Positions 32,924 through 42,427 of a stretch of 64,000 nucleotides of DNA are shown here, piece by piece. The stretch is from Patescibacteria group bacterium (GTDB lineage: Bacteria; Patescibacteriota; Microgenomatia; Levybacterales; UBA12049): assembly GCA_026004395.1 (NCBI GenBank), contig BPJB01000001.1, positions 455,343 through 519,342 of the forward strand, read 5' to 3'. The first letter of the stretch is position 1. Each line of letters opens with the position of its first letter. Both the position numbers and the translations under genes were made by a program. Below the pieces are notes generated by a model. It saw nothing but the letters and a program-made list of their open reading frames with translations. It made no database searches and was not told the origin of the DNA.

Positions 32924-33475
32924 TTAAAATGTCACTTTCACAGCCTTTTGTTCTTCTTTTGTGGCAGTAAAGAATTCTTCGGGTTGAAAATTAAATATTT
33001 TTGCGATTATTACGTTTGGGAAAAAACCTATTTTTGTATTGTATTCAAGCACATTGGAATTATAAAATTGCCTGGAATAAGCTATTTTATTTTCGGTATC
33101 TGTTAACTCGTCTTGTAATTTCCCAAAATTTTCGTTTGCTTTTAGTTCAGGATAATTCTCTGCAACTGCAAAGAGTGACTTTAAGGTATCTGAGAGTAGG
33201 TTATTTGCCTCAGCCTTTTCGTGTGTTGTTTTTGCTTGCATCAGGCTTGATCTTGCATGTGTAATATTTTCAAGAAGCTCTTTTTCATGTTTGGCATATC
33301 CTTTGACTGTTTCTACAAGATTTGGAATAAGATCAGTTCTCCTTTTAAGTTGTACATCAATATGTGATAAAGCTTCTCTGATGCGCAATTTTGAAGCCAG
33401 CAAGCTATTATAGATAAACCATGTATAAAGTAGAATAACTCCCAAAATACCAATGATAATTAAGTATATGTTCAA
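32924..33475 (-). CDS. lemA: LemA family protein
   Basis: N-terminal [29 protein letters not shown]; SD GGGGGTG before TTG. Confidence 0.96.
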   Translation of the reverse strand: MNIYLIIIGILGVILLYTWFIYNSLLASKLRIREALSHIDVQLKRRTDLIPNLVETVKGYAKHEKELLENITHARSSLMQAKTTHEKAEANNLLSDTLKSLFAVAENYPELKANENFGKLQDELTDTENKIAYSRQFYNSNVLEYNTKIGFFPNVIIAKIFNFQPEEFFTATKEEQKAVKVTF

Positions 33476-33540
33476 ATTCCCACCCCCTTTCCTAAATATT
33501 AATAGTTATTCGTAGGAAACTAATTTATGTGAATTTTCTT

Positions 33541-35307
33541 TTACTGTTTGAACCATAATTCTACATTATTATACTCTTGTGTATTTATAATGTCATCTTT
33601 AGTTAACCATCCTCGACGAGCAACATATACACCATATCTGATCAAATCCATCTGATCTTTTGAATGACTATCTGTATTGATGACAAATTTAACACCTTTC
33701 TCTTTACCTATTTTTACAAGGACATCTGGCAAATCAAGACGCAGCGGCCAACTATTAATCTCTAGAGCTTTATTATACTCTTTGCAAAATGCAAATACTT
33801 CATCCCATTCCAAGTCATACCCTGCTCGTTGATTAAGCAGTCTTCCTGTTGGATGAGAAAGAATTTTTGCTTTTGGATGACTTAAACCTTTTAATACGCG
33901 TTTGGTCATTTCCAATTTACTCATTGAAAATCCGCTATGGATCGAGACAAGCGTTGCATCAAGTAGATTCAAAGATTCATCGCTAATTGCGAGATCTCCA
34001 TTGGGTAAAATATCAGTTTCGAGCAATGAAAATATTCGAATATTTTTATTATACACTTTAATTTGTTCAATATATTTATTTCTTTTTATAAGAATTTGAT
34101 AAATTTCTTTTTGCGAATGTTTTGAAATACTTGGATTATGTTCTGAAAACCCAATGTATTGATAATTAAGAGATTTTGCTTTTTCTATCATTTCTTCCAT
34201 CGAATTCTGTCCCATGTCATGGCTAGGTTCTATTGGATAGCTGGAGTGAATATGAAAGTCTCCTTTGATGTCACTAACTTCTACTAGTTTTGGCAGTGAG
34301 TGTTTGCTAGCAAATTCTATCTCTCCTTGATCTTCTCTAATTTCGGGGGGTATCCAATCTAGACCTATAGCGTTATAAAAATCTTTTTCATTAGCAAACT
34401 TTATAAGCTTTTCTCCATTAGTTTTTTTCTTAATTCCATACTCTGATAAAGACAAGCCTTTACTAATTGCAAACTCTCTTAAATGAATATTATGTTGCTT
34501 ACTACCAGTGAAATGTTGTAATAGAGAACCAAAACTTTCAGGAGGCTGAACCATAAGATCAATATGTTTTCCTCCTGATACCAAAATAGAGGCAGTTGCT
34601 TCTCCTTTTTCGAGAATGCGTTCTTTATATGGATATTTGACGAAGTAATCTATCACTTTTTGGGGGTAACGTGTAGCAACAGCAATGTCTATATCTCCAA
34701 TAGTCTCTTTTTTTCTTCTCAAGCTTCCTAGAGGTTGCGCTTCGATAACATCGGGTGATTTCTTAAGATAAGATAAAACTTTCTCTGCAAGCTCAGTCGC
34801 ATAGGGAAGTACCATTCTCGCAGTTTTACTTGCTCCCATTTTGTAATCTTCAATAGCTTCAATAATATCTTGTTGGGACTTCTCTCCAAATCCTTCAATT
34901 TGTGCAATCTTTCCTTCTCTTGCTAGTTTTTCAACATCTTCAATAACTGTATCAGGATTATTTAGATTGAAGTAAGAAACAATTTTATAGGCTTTTTTAG
35001 GACCAAATGAAGGAATATTTAAAAGAGGAAATACTGCTTTTGGGATATCCTTCATCAAATTTTCAAAATGCTTTACATGGCCTGTTTTGATTAACTCTTC
35101 AAGATGATCTTGGATTGATTTACCTATACCTGGAAGATCAATCGCTTTACCATCTTTTATAAGATCCTGTATTTCTGTTGCGAAATTTTCTACCGCATCA
35201 GCAGCTTTTTGATAAGCTATTATCTTAAAACGATATTGAGCATCGTTTTTTATGGCATAAGCTGCAGCAACATTTCTAAGAATGGTAGCAATCTCGGAAT
35301 TGGTCAT
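33541..35307 (-). CDS. polX: DNA polymerase/3'-5' exonuclease PolX with PHP domain
   Basis: HhH LPGIGKS, GSLRR..TIGDIDI, HFTGSKQHN, IPPEIRE; PHP motifs HIH, HPTGR, TDSH. Confidence 0.94.
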   Translation of the reverse strand: MTNSEIATILRNVAAAYAIKNDAQYRFKIIAYQKAADAVENFATEIQDLIKDGKAIDLPGIGKSIQDHLEELIKTGHVKHFENLMKDIPKAVFPLLNIPSFGPKKAYKIVSYFNLNNPDTVIEDVEKLAREGKIAQIEGFGEKSQQDIIEAIEDYKMGASKTARMVLPYATELAEKVLSYLKKSPDVIEAQPLGSLRRKKETIGDIDIAVATRYPQKVIDYFVKYPYKERILEKGEATASILVSGGKHIDLMVQPPESFGSLLQHFTGSKQHNIHLREFAISKGLSLSEYGIKKKTNGEKLIKFANEKDFYNAIGLDWIPPEIREDQGEIEFASKHSLPKLVEVSDIKGDFHIHSSYPIEPSHDMGQNSMEEMIEKAKSLNYQYIGFSEHNPSISKHSQKEIYQILIKRNKYIEQIKVYNKNIRIFSLLETDILPNGDLAISDESLNLLDATLVSIHSGFSMSKLEMTKRVLKGLSHPKAKILSHPTGRLLNQRAGYDLEWDEVFAFCKEYNKALEINSWPLRLDLPDVLVKIGKEKGVKFVINTDSHSKDQMDLIRYGVYVARRGWLTKDDIINTQEYNNVELWFKQ

Positions 35308-35328
35308 GGACTCAGTCTAGCATGATGA

Positions 35329-35357
35329 TTGACTCTTCTGCAATTATTTGTTACCAT
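35329..35357 (+). promoter_or_regulatory. Putative promoter for tRNA-Asp, back to back with the polX promoter
   Basis: TTGACT-17nt-TACCAT with TG extension. Confidence 0.55.
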
Positions 35358-35451
35358 ACCCTCCTAAATGAGGTGATTCAGTGTATGGAAAAACATCTAA
35401 CTTTAAGCTATAATCGAAACATACTGCTGGATCAATATCTGCCTCATAATA

Positions 35452-35525
35452 GGGGTGGTAGCTCAGTTGGTTAGAGCGTCTCCCTGTCACGGAGAAGGCC
35501 GCGGGTTCGAGTCCCGTCCATCCCG
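35452..35525 (+). tRNA. tRNA-Asp (anticodon GTC), CCA not encoded
   Basis: GGGGTGG/CCATCCC acceptor, TCTCC-CTGTCAC-GGAGA anticodon arm, TTCGAGT T loop, G73. Confidence 0.96.
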
Positions 35526-35589
35526 CTTACAGCCATTGAGTTGAAATAAATTTAGTGGTATTATCTCTCCTGCCTTTTAAAAAAATAAT

Positions 35590-36294
35590 ATGGCAGCAAA
35601 AAGACAGAGAAACACATCACAAAAAGAGCAGAAGTCTAAACGAACGGTATATTCAAAACCACAAAAAGTAACGATATCTAAACAATATACCTCTCAAAAT
35701 AGTATTTTAGATTATTTTCGATTTGGCGAATCATATACAAGTCTTGTTTTAGGTATTGTAGTCGTCATCGTGACAACAATTTTGGTTATTTCAACTATCA
35801 GAGATAGAAATCTACAAAATACCCCTAAAAAAGAGACATCTTCTACTAGCACAAGTAGAGATAAAGAGATAGAAAGTGATCAGTTAAAAGAAAAAGTAAC
35901 ATATAGAGTCAAAACAGGAGATACTCTATGGAGTATTGCTGAGAAAGAATACAATAATGGTTATCAATGGACACTAATTGCTCAAGCAAATAAAGTTCAA
36001 AATCCTGATGTAATTGAAGTAGGTGAAGTTCTCGTAATTCCACCTGATAACAATTCTTACACTCAACAAACTACTCAGGAAAATACTATGACTTCACCTT
36101 CTTCTGAGCAGACAAAGATATTAAAACAGCCTGAAATAAAAAAATATATTGTAAAACGTGGAGATTATCTTTGGGCAATTGCTGAAAAAGAGTATAACAA
36201 TGGATACAGGTGGGTGGATATAGCTCGTGCAAACAATCTAGCCAATCCTGATATAATTCACGCTGGAAACGAACTTATTATTCCTGATCCCTAA
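35590..36294 (+). CDS. Membrane-anchored protein with two LysM domains
   Basis: One TM (LVLGIVVVIVTTILVI); YRVKTGDTLWSIA and YIVKRGDYLWAIA LysM repeats. Confidence 0.92.
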   Translation: MAAKRQRNTSQKEQKSKRTVYSKPQKVTISKQYTSQNSILDYFRFGESYTSLVLGIVVVIVTTILVISTIRDRNLQNTPKKETSSTSTSRDKEIESDQLKEKVTYRVKTGDTLWSIAEKEYNNGYQWTLIAQANKVQNPDVIEVGEVLVIPPDNNSYTQQTTQENTMTSPSSEQTKILKQPEIKKYIVKRGDYLWAIAEKEYNNGYRWVDIARANNLANPDIIHAGNELIIPDP

Positions 36295-36554
36295 GATACT
36301 TTAACTACAGTTTTCTTCTAAATTTTTCAATTTTGTGATTGAGTTTTTTAGATTTAATGCAGCAATAATTACCCTATTTTAAAAATTTTTTTAATTCATT
36401 GTTTTAATAATCATCAGATTAATTTTTATTAAAAAAAGTGATATTTTTCAAGGTATCAAAAACAATACACAATTTGTTTAAATATTAGTTTAAATTTATA
36501 ATTATTTAAAAAATTTGATAGAATTAATTTGATTTAAGGATATTGTTGATATGG

Positions 36555-36629
36555 GCGGTGGTAGTTCAGTGGTAGAATGCTTCCTTCCCAAGGAAGAGGT
36601 CGCCGGTTCAAATCCGGTCCACCGCTCCA
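36555..36629 (+). tRNA. tRNA-Gly (anticodon CCC), CCA encoded
   Basis: GCGGTGG/CCACCGC acceptor, CTTCC-TTCCCAA-GGAAG anticodon arm, TTCAAAT T loop, TCCA end. Confidence 0.96.
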
Positions 36630-36761
36630 AATAAAATGTAATATATTTTTAAGCTTAAATGTGTACTAATCTAAATATTAGACTTTCAAACTTTTTCTAA
36701 TTGTGAATTTGAATCTAATAAAAATTTTTTCTTTTAATAGACAATCTCTACTTCTTTAGCT

Positions 36762-37427
36762 ATGAATGAAGGAAAAGAAAACCGTCAATATATTACACAA
36801 ATTGAGCGTAACAAATTACATGAACCTACCATATCTTCTTGGCGTTTTAGAGTAGCCATGAAGGCAAATGTTGAGTTAATCACTGATAGCGTTGAAGTAA
36901 AAGGATGGGAAAATTATTATGCACTGCCTGAGAATATCAATCCAGTAATTGCAACTACTCATCTTACAGATACCGATGTGCAAATAACAGCACTTGCTTT
37001 TTCTCAAGTAGCCGATATAGCTGTAGCAAGTATGAAGACAAATCAACAAGATAAGTTTATAGGCAAATTAATATCCTTAGCAGGACGAGAAAACTTTTAT
37101 GATATCTCAAATAAATTTGCAAACAAAAAAGCCAACTTTAAGTTAGATGCTATGAATTTTTTAGCGATGGCTCGTGCTGTTTGTGAAAAGGGCAAGACGA
37201 TGGTTATTCCATCACACAGTCCTCATTATATTGGATATGGTAATCGAGTTCTTCCTGATAATCCTGGTCTTGCAGCTGTTATTGTAGCCAATCTGACAGA
37301 TAGAGTTGTTTTACCAGTAGCGGTTGATTTTCAGACAGATGATAGAGTGGGTATGGCAGATAATCTTTTAGATAATGTAATTAAAAAAGCTAGAGAAAAA
37401 TCTAAGTCAACTGTATTCACAGCATAA
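36762..37427 (+). CDS. Divergent PlsC/LPLAT-like acyltransferase, possibly 3'-truncated
   Basis: VEVKGWEN..LP, HX4D motif THLTDTD, GLAAVIVANLTDRVVLPVAV block IV; no FPEG block. Confidence 0.65.
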   Translation: MNEGKENRQYITQIERNKLHEPTISSWRFRVAMKANVELITDSVEVKGWENYYALPENINPVIATTHLTDTDVQITALAFSQVADIAVASMKTNQQDKFIGKLISLAGRENFYDISNKFANKKANFKLDAMNFLAMARAVCEKGKTMVIPSHSPHYIGYGNRVLPDNPGLAAVIVANLTDRVVLPVAVDFQTDDRVGMADNLLDNVIKKAREKSKSTVFTA

Positions 37428-37703
37428 TCTCTTGTTCTTGATAAAGATAAAAGTAAGTCTGCAAGCTTTGCTTACTGGCTAAACTGGAGCAAAATAAGAT
37501 AACGACGACATACATCAATATTTAACTTTGATCTTATTACTGGACCTGTGAGCTTGATAGAAATCTTATGTCAAACAGTATGATAAAGAATCTATTGTGA
37601 TTGTCATCTGAGCATTGCTCCTAAATATTATTTCTAACCCTCTTTGCTCATCCTATTATTACAAGATGCACCTTAAATAATTCTCAAATACAATAGATGC
37701 AAC

Positions 37704-38981
37704 TTATACTTTTTGAGGAGATGTTGTGGGGTTATTTTTTTGCTGAATCGTTTTAATGATTTCATTCCATTTTTCATAATGACGATAAATCCAGAAATGA
37801 AAACCGTGTTTTGTTGGATAATGAGTTGATCTACCTTCATCAATAGCTATTAATCTCTTGCCTTCTTCTTTAATTGCTTTACGTTCTCGAACCTTATCAA
37901 AAACTGTTTTTAACCGTGTAAATCCAGTTGTAAGCGGATCTTTCATTGACTCTCGAATATGTAGTCTGTTATTATCTACGTCAAGTGGTGTTCCGTGAAG
38001 CAAGTGAAGTCCTTCTGAGGCTACTGCAGCAATTTTCATAATCTTTTGTTCACGGCTATCTGATGGAAGTTGCATTTTGCTGCGAAGTGTATTCTTAAAG
38101 GCAGATGACTCTTTCATAACTCGTTTAGCAACGTTTGTTTTAATGGATGTAACTACAAATTCTCCAACTAATCCAGCTAGTAGTTGAGCGCTTTTAATTT
38201 TACCTGAAACTCCTTTAGGATTGTGTACGCCAGCAGGGTTATCAAGTAATATCTGCGTATGTTTTTTTAAATCTTGTGGTAATCTACTGATAGTTCTATC
38301 CGCTAGTATTGTTCCTCGGGAAACTCCATGAAGTGTCACTGCTATCTCATCGAGAGACGAAGCTTGTTCTGCAGCAATTTTTTGTACAAATTCTGAAAAC
38401 AGTTGTCCATAGGCATCAAATCCTTTTTGATCAAGTACATTCAACCACTCCTTTGTCAGATGTCCTCCAAATCCACTTGGCGTACTAAGAAGTATAAGCT
38501 TTACATTAGGAACTTCTTCTCCATTTCTTAAGGGATTAGCTACTCGAGGGAGTGCTCTTATGAAATCATTGATTGCTATGTCAATGCCTGAGAGCGCTTC
38601 ATCTGGTTGAGTGAAAGCAGGAAAAATAAAGGTGAGATCGTGTTTTGGACGGTTATGTCTTGATAAAGATTTTTCAGTTTGATTTTGAGGAGATAAGTCC
38701 ATGTTGTTGTTATTTGATGTATTGACAATTTTATGGATGAGTTCAGGAGTTATATCAAACGTTGTATATCCGAAACGGACGTCAGGGAAGGCCTGTGAAG
38801 AAAAGATTTGAAAATTATCTACTGCCTGGCGATCAATTGTGTTAATGATTAAATCCATTACTTGTTTCTGTTCTGGGAACATAGCGACGAATTCATCACG
38901 AACTGCTTCACTGTATGGATGATGTATAATCTTTGAGTGATAGTCTTTTTCGATTGGAGTAACAGATACTTCGCTTTCCAT
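37704..38981 (-). CDS. Divergent alpha/beta-hydrolase fold protein
   Basis: Nucleophile elbow LHGVSRG, then LLDNPAG, KDPL (Asp) and HGFHFW (His) in catalytic-triad order; promoter TTGCTT-17-TATAAT-9-ATG. Confidence 0.7.
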   Translation of the reverse strand: MESEVSVTPIEKDYHSKIIHHPYSEAVRDEFVAMFPEQKQVMDLIINTIDRQAVDNFQIFSSQAFPDVRFGYTTFDITPELIHKIVNTSNNNNMDLSPQNQTEKSLSRHNRPKHDLTFIFPAFTQPDEALSGIDIAINDFIRALPRVANPLRNGEEVPNVKLILLSTPSGFGGHLTKEWLNVLDQKGFDAYGQLFSEFVQKIAAEQASSLDEIAVTLHGVSRGTILADRTISRLPQDLKKHTQILLDNPAGVHNPKGVSGKIKSAQLLAGLVGEFVVTSIKTNVAKRVMKESSAFKNTLRSKMQLPSDSREQKIMKIAAVASEGLHLLHGTPLDVDNNRLHIRESMKDPLTTGFTRLKTVFDKVRERKAIKEEGKRLIAIDEGRSTHYPTKHGFHFWIYRHYEKWNEIIKTIQQKNNPTTSPQKV

Positions 38982-39321
38982 TTGTTTCTAATTATAGAAT
39001 AAAAAGCAATTACAAGCAATCATTATAAAAATTATTTTTTGTGTCAATAAGAGTTATAGTAATTTTTTCAGAAATAATTATAGAGTCGACAACACATAGA
39101 TAATAAACATTTTCTTTACTATAATCGTATTTAACTTCAATAATTACTAGTATAGACTGGCTTTGAAGTGCTAAGCTTCGTTTAACTTAGCATGTTGAAT
39201 TAACAGCCTTAGGAGAAGGAGATGACAGTGATTACTTGACTATCCAAAGTTGTTAAGCTATTTTACCGCCATGTAAAACTTTGACAGTTATTTTGATATG
39301 CTTCTTCTCAGTTTTCACAGT

Positions 39322-39750
39322 ATGATGTTTGAAGATTTTAAAGTGTATTTGTATCTGTTTCGGTAGAGGGCGTTTCTAATAGGTAATAGTATATATTTTG
39401 CGATTTTAGACCTTTTTGCTTCGTATTCCTGTAAGACTACATACGCAATGATTCTTAGAATGACAAGCGATAGTTTCGTTGGATTGCTCACTTATTTGGG
39501 TTATTCATCAATTTATTCTTACTTATGGTTAGGATAAGGAACTAAAAAGTCAGTTTGGGGGAGGATGTAAATAAAGTGAAGATTATTCAAAACTTTAGCG
39601 ACGTATTTAATATGACACTAATAATTGTCACAACATTCTCGTTTTTTCTTCGTTGCTGAAAAAGTTGTGACAGAAAAAATAATCGGCACACTATTTTGTA
39701 TTTTGATATATGTGTTTCCTCTCAGTTATACGTGTTCTTTATCAATTTAG
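39322..39750 (+). pseudogene. Decayed EamA/DMT-like transporter fragment
   Basis: Stop-riddled frame gives GLLTYLGYSSIYSYLWLG*GTKK and FFFVAEKVVTEKIIGTLFCILI, resembling the EamA C-terminal repeat (FLGEK...IIG). Confidence 0.45.
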
Positions 39751-39878
39751 AAAATATTCTTAACGCAAAGACGATAAATTAATTATAAAAAGTATTCTTT
39801 GAGCTCTACTTTGGAGGATACCATTTTTTTCAAAATTCGTCACTTGACGAGAATTTTGTGAATTTGTTAATATAAATC

Positions 39879-41573
39879 GTGCCCCGTAGTAAAGTTGTCC
39901 CTAACAAAATGAAATATATTTTTGTTTCTGGAGGAGTAATCTCTGGAATTGGAAAGGGATTAACCTCATCGTCTATAGCTCTTCTACTAAAATCTGCAGG
40001 ATATAAAGTAGCCCCTATAAAATTTGAGAATTACCTTAATATCGATGCTGGAACAATTAATCCTATAGAACATGGTGATCCCTTTCTTTGCGAGGATGGT
40101 ACTGAGACAGATATGGATATTGGATCCTACGAGAAATTTCTTGATGAAGATATGGGGAAAGATAACTTTGTTACCATGGGAAGAATCTATCAAACTGTTA
40201 TTGAGAAGGAGCGACGGTTTGAATATAATGGAGAAGATGTTGAAGCTATTCCTCATATAACAGATGAGATTATTTCAAGAATACAAAATCTAGGAAAGAA
40301 GAAAAAAGCAGATATTGTTCTCATCGAATTAGGAGGTACTGCGGGAGAGTATCAAAACATTCTTTATTATGAAGCATCACGTATCTTAACTCTTAAAAAT
40401 CCTGGTGATGTTATTCATATTCATGTTAGTTATGTTCCAACACCTCCTCATTTAGGAGAGCCTAAAACAAAACCTACACAATTATCAGTTAGAACTCTCA
40501 ACTCAATGGGAATTCAGCCTGATTTTATCATTGCCAGATCTGAGAAATATTTAGACAAAAGAAGAAGAGATAGATTCGCTCTATTTTGCAACATGCATCC
40601 TGAAGATATTATCTCCAATCCTGACTTACCGACTATTTACGATATACCCCTTATGCTTCACAAACAAGATCTCGATAAGAAAATACTTCAAAAACTTGGT
40701 CTTCCTGCCAAAAAACCAAAACTGAAGCAATGGGAAGCATTAGTAGAGAGGGTAAAAGCTCCAAAGAAAAAATCAGTTGAAATTGCAATTGTTGGCAAGT
40801 ATTTTGCAGCTGGAGATTATCAACTTAAAGATTCTTATGCAGCACTTTTTGATGCTCTAGATCATGCCGGAATACATGAAGATGTGACAGTTAAGACGCG
40901 TTGGGTTGATGCTGAAAAAGTAACTGAAGATACATTAGAAAGCACAATTGGACTTCCAGATGGGATTATTGTACCAATCGGTTGGGGTGAAAGAGGAGCA
41001 GAAGGTATGATAACAGCAGCTAACTATGCTCGAGTAGCCAAAATTCCATATCTTGGATTATGTTATGGAATGCAGTTGGCTGTTGTTGCATTTGCTCGGA
41101 ATGTATTAAAACTACATGGTGCAAATACAGAAGAAAATGATCCTAAAGCTCAGCATAAAGTAATACATTTTATTCCCACACAAAAAGAGCTTGTTGAAAA
41201 ACGAGCCTATGGTGGAACTATGAGACTTGGTGGATGGGAAGCAATTGTAAAAAAGGGTACGCTAGCATATGAACTCTATGACAGATATAATGGTTTTATC
41301 AACAAAGCAAAAGGACTTACGAGTGAAAGACATCGCCACCGTTACGAATTTAATAATAAATACGCAAAGGAGTTTGAGAAAAATGGCTTTATCATAAGCG
41401 CACGTTCTGTTAGTGAAAATCTTGTTGAAATTGTTGAACTTTCTCGCAATATACATCCCTTTTATCTAGGCACTCAAGGACATCCTGAATATAAGAGTCG
41501 TCCTCTGCGTCCACATCCTATTTTTTTGGGATTTATACAAGCAACAGTTGCTCAAAGCTTGCAAGGAAAATAA
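39879..41573 (+). CDS. pyrG: CTP synthase
   Basis: KYIFVSGGVISGIGKG, KTKPTQ, GLCYGMQ, ERHRHRYE, HPEYKS. Confidence 0.97.
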   Translation: MPRSKVVPNKMKYIFVSGGVISGIGKGLTSSSIALLLKSAGYKVAPIKFENYLNIDAGTINPIEHGDPFLCEDGTETDMDIGSYEKFLDEDMGKDNFVTMGRIYQTVIEKERRFEYNGEDVEAIPHITDEIISRIQNLGKKKKADIVLIELGGTAGEYQNILYYEASRILTLKNPGDVIHIHVSYVPTPPHLGEPKTKPTQLSVRTLNSMGIQPDFIIARSEKYLDKRRRDRFALFCNMHPEDIISNPDLPTIYDIPLMLHKQDLDKKILQKLGLPAKKPKLKQWEALVERVKAPKKKSVEIAIVGKYFAAGDYQLKDSYAALFDALDHAGIHEDVTVKTRWVDAEKVTEDTLESTIGLPDGIIVPIGWGERGAEGMITAANYARVAKIPYLGLCYGMQLAVVAFARNVLKLHGANTEENDPKAQHKVIHFIPTQKELVEKRAYGGTMRLGGWEAIVKKGTLAYELYDRYNGFINKAKGLTSERHRHRYEFNNKYAKEFEKNGFIISARSVSENLVEIVELSRNIHPFYLGTQGHPEYKSRPLRPHPIFLGFIQATVAQSLQGK

Positions 41574-41659
41574 CATTAGGATAGACAAGAAATCTTCAAG
41601 ATTGAAGCATTTATAGTTATATTGAAATAATAGTTTATTTCAAGTATAATTTGAACATT

Positions 41660-41929
41660 ATGATTCAAACTATAAATTTTGCTCCTGGTGATGTTGTCAG
41701 AGTCCACCAGAAAATTAAAGAAGGTGATAAAACACGTATTCAAGTTTTTCAAGGTACTGTTACTCAAATTCGTGGACGTTCTGAAAATAAAAGTTTTACA
41801 GTTAAAAAGACAGTTCAAGGTGTTGATGTGGAAAGAATTTGGCAGGTTAACTCACCTAACATTGAAAAAATTGAAGTCAAAGAACATCCCAAAAAGAGAG
41901 TGAGAAGAGCGCGTTTAACATACTTCTAA
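41660..41929 (+). CDS. rplS: 50S ribosomal protein L19 (short form)
   Basis: [26 protein letters not shown] and VRRARLTYF; ATG 41660 behind TTGAAA-17-TATAAT. Confidence 0.95.
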   Translation: MIQTINFAPGDVVRVHQKIKEGDKTRIQVFQGTVTQIRGRSENKSFTVKKTVQGVDVERIWQVNSPNIEKIEVKEHPKKRVRRARLTYF

Positions 41930-42013
41930 AATTTAGTTTTAAATTATTGGTGTAGTTTTAAATATTTACAGAGAATATATTTTTTTCCTCAATGCATATT
42001 CTAAACTAAGATT

Positions 42014-42388
42014 ATGCGTATCACTAAACAAGAAGAAGGTAAGAGGGGAGAAGATTATGCAGTATCTTATCTTCAAAAAAATGGATATAAAATAATTGAA
42101 CGTAATTTCCGTACAAGAAACGGTGAAATTGACATTATTGCCGTGGATACAACTGAAAAACCATCTGTACTAGCCTTTATTGAGGTTAAGACTAGATCTT
42201 CTCAACAGTTTGGTAAACCCATTGAATCAATAAACTATTTTAAGCTTCAAACTTTGCAAAAAACTGCAATTTTCTATGCTCATACACATCCTAATTTACC
42301 AACTCAGTTGAGAATTGATGCAGTAACGGTGCTTTTTGATTATTCTAATAATTTGAAAGAAATCAGTTTAATTAAAAATATCAGTTAG
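42014..42388 (+). CDS. YraN (UPF0102) family PD-(D/E)XK nuclease-like protein
   Basis: GEDYA..YL, IIERNFR, GEIDII, FIEVKTR, RID. Confidence 0.93.
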   Translation: MRITKQEEGKRGEDYAVSYLQKNGYKIIERNFRTRNGEIDIIAVDTTEKPSVLAFIEVKTRSSQQFGKPIESINYFKLQTLQKTAIFYAHTHPNLPTQLRIDAVTVLFDYSNNLKEISLIKNIS

Positions 42389-42427
42389 TTCTTGCTTTGT
42401 GGAGTGAGTCCTGATATGCTTCGCTCT

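Noticed and set aside
35890-36290. Direct repeat within the LysM gene
   Set aside because: Ordinary tandem LysM domain duplication.
36551-36634. ORF MGGGSSVVECFLPKEEVAGSNPVHRSK* spanning tRNA-Gly, with AAGGA upstream
   Set aside because: Almost wholly tRNA sequence and only a weak SD; likely chance, though worth including in a genome-wide test of tRNA-leader ORFs.
39626-39672. Inverted repeat TGTCACAAC/GTTGTGACA
   Set aside because: Isolated 9-bp pair inside the decayed gene; no second copy or target duplication to suggest a MITE.
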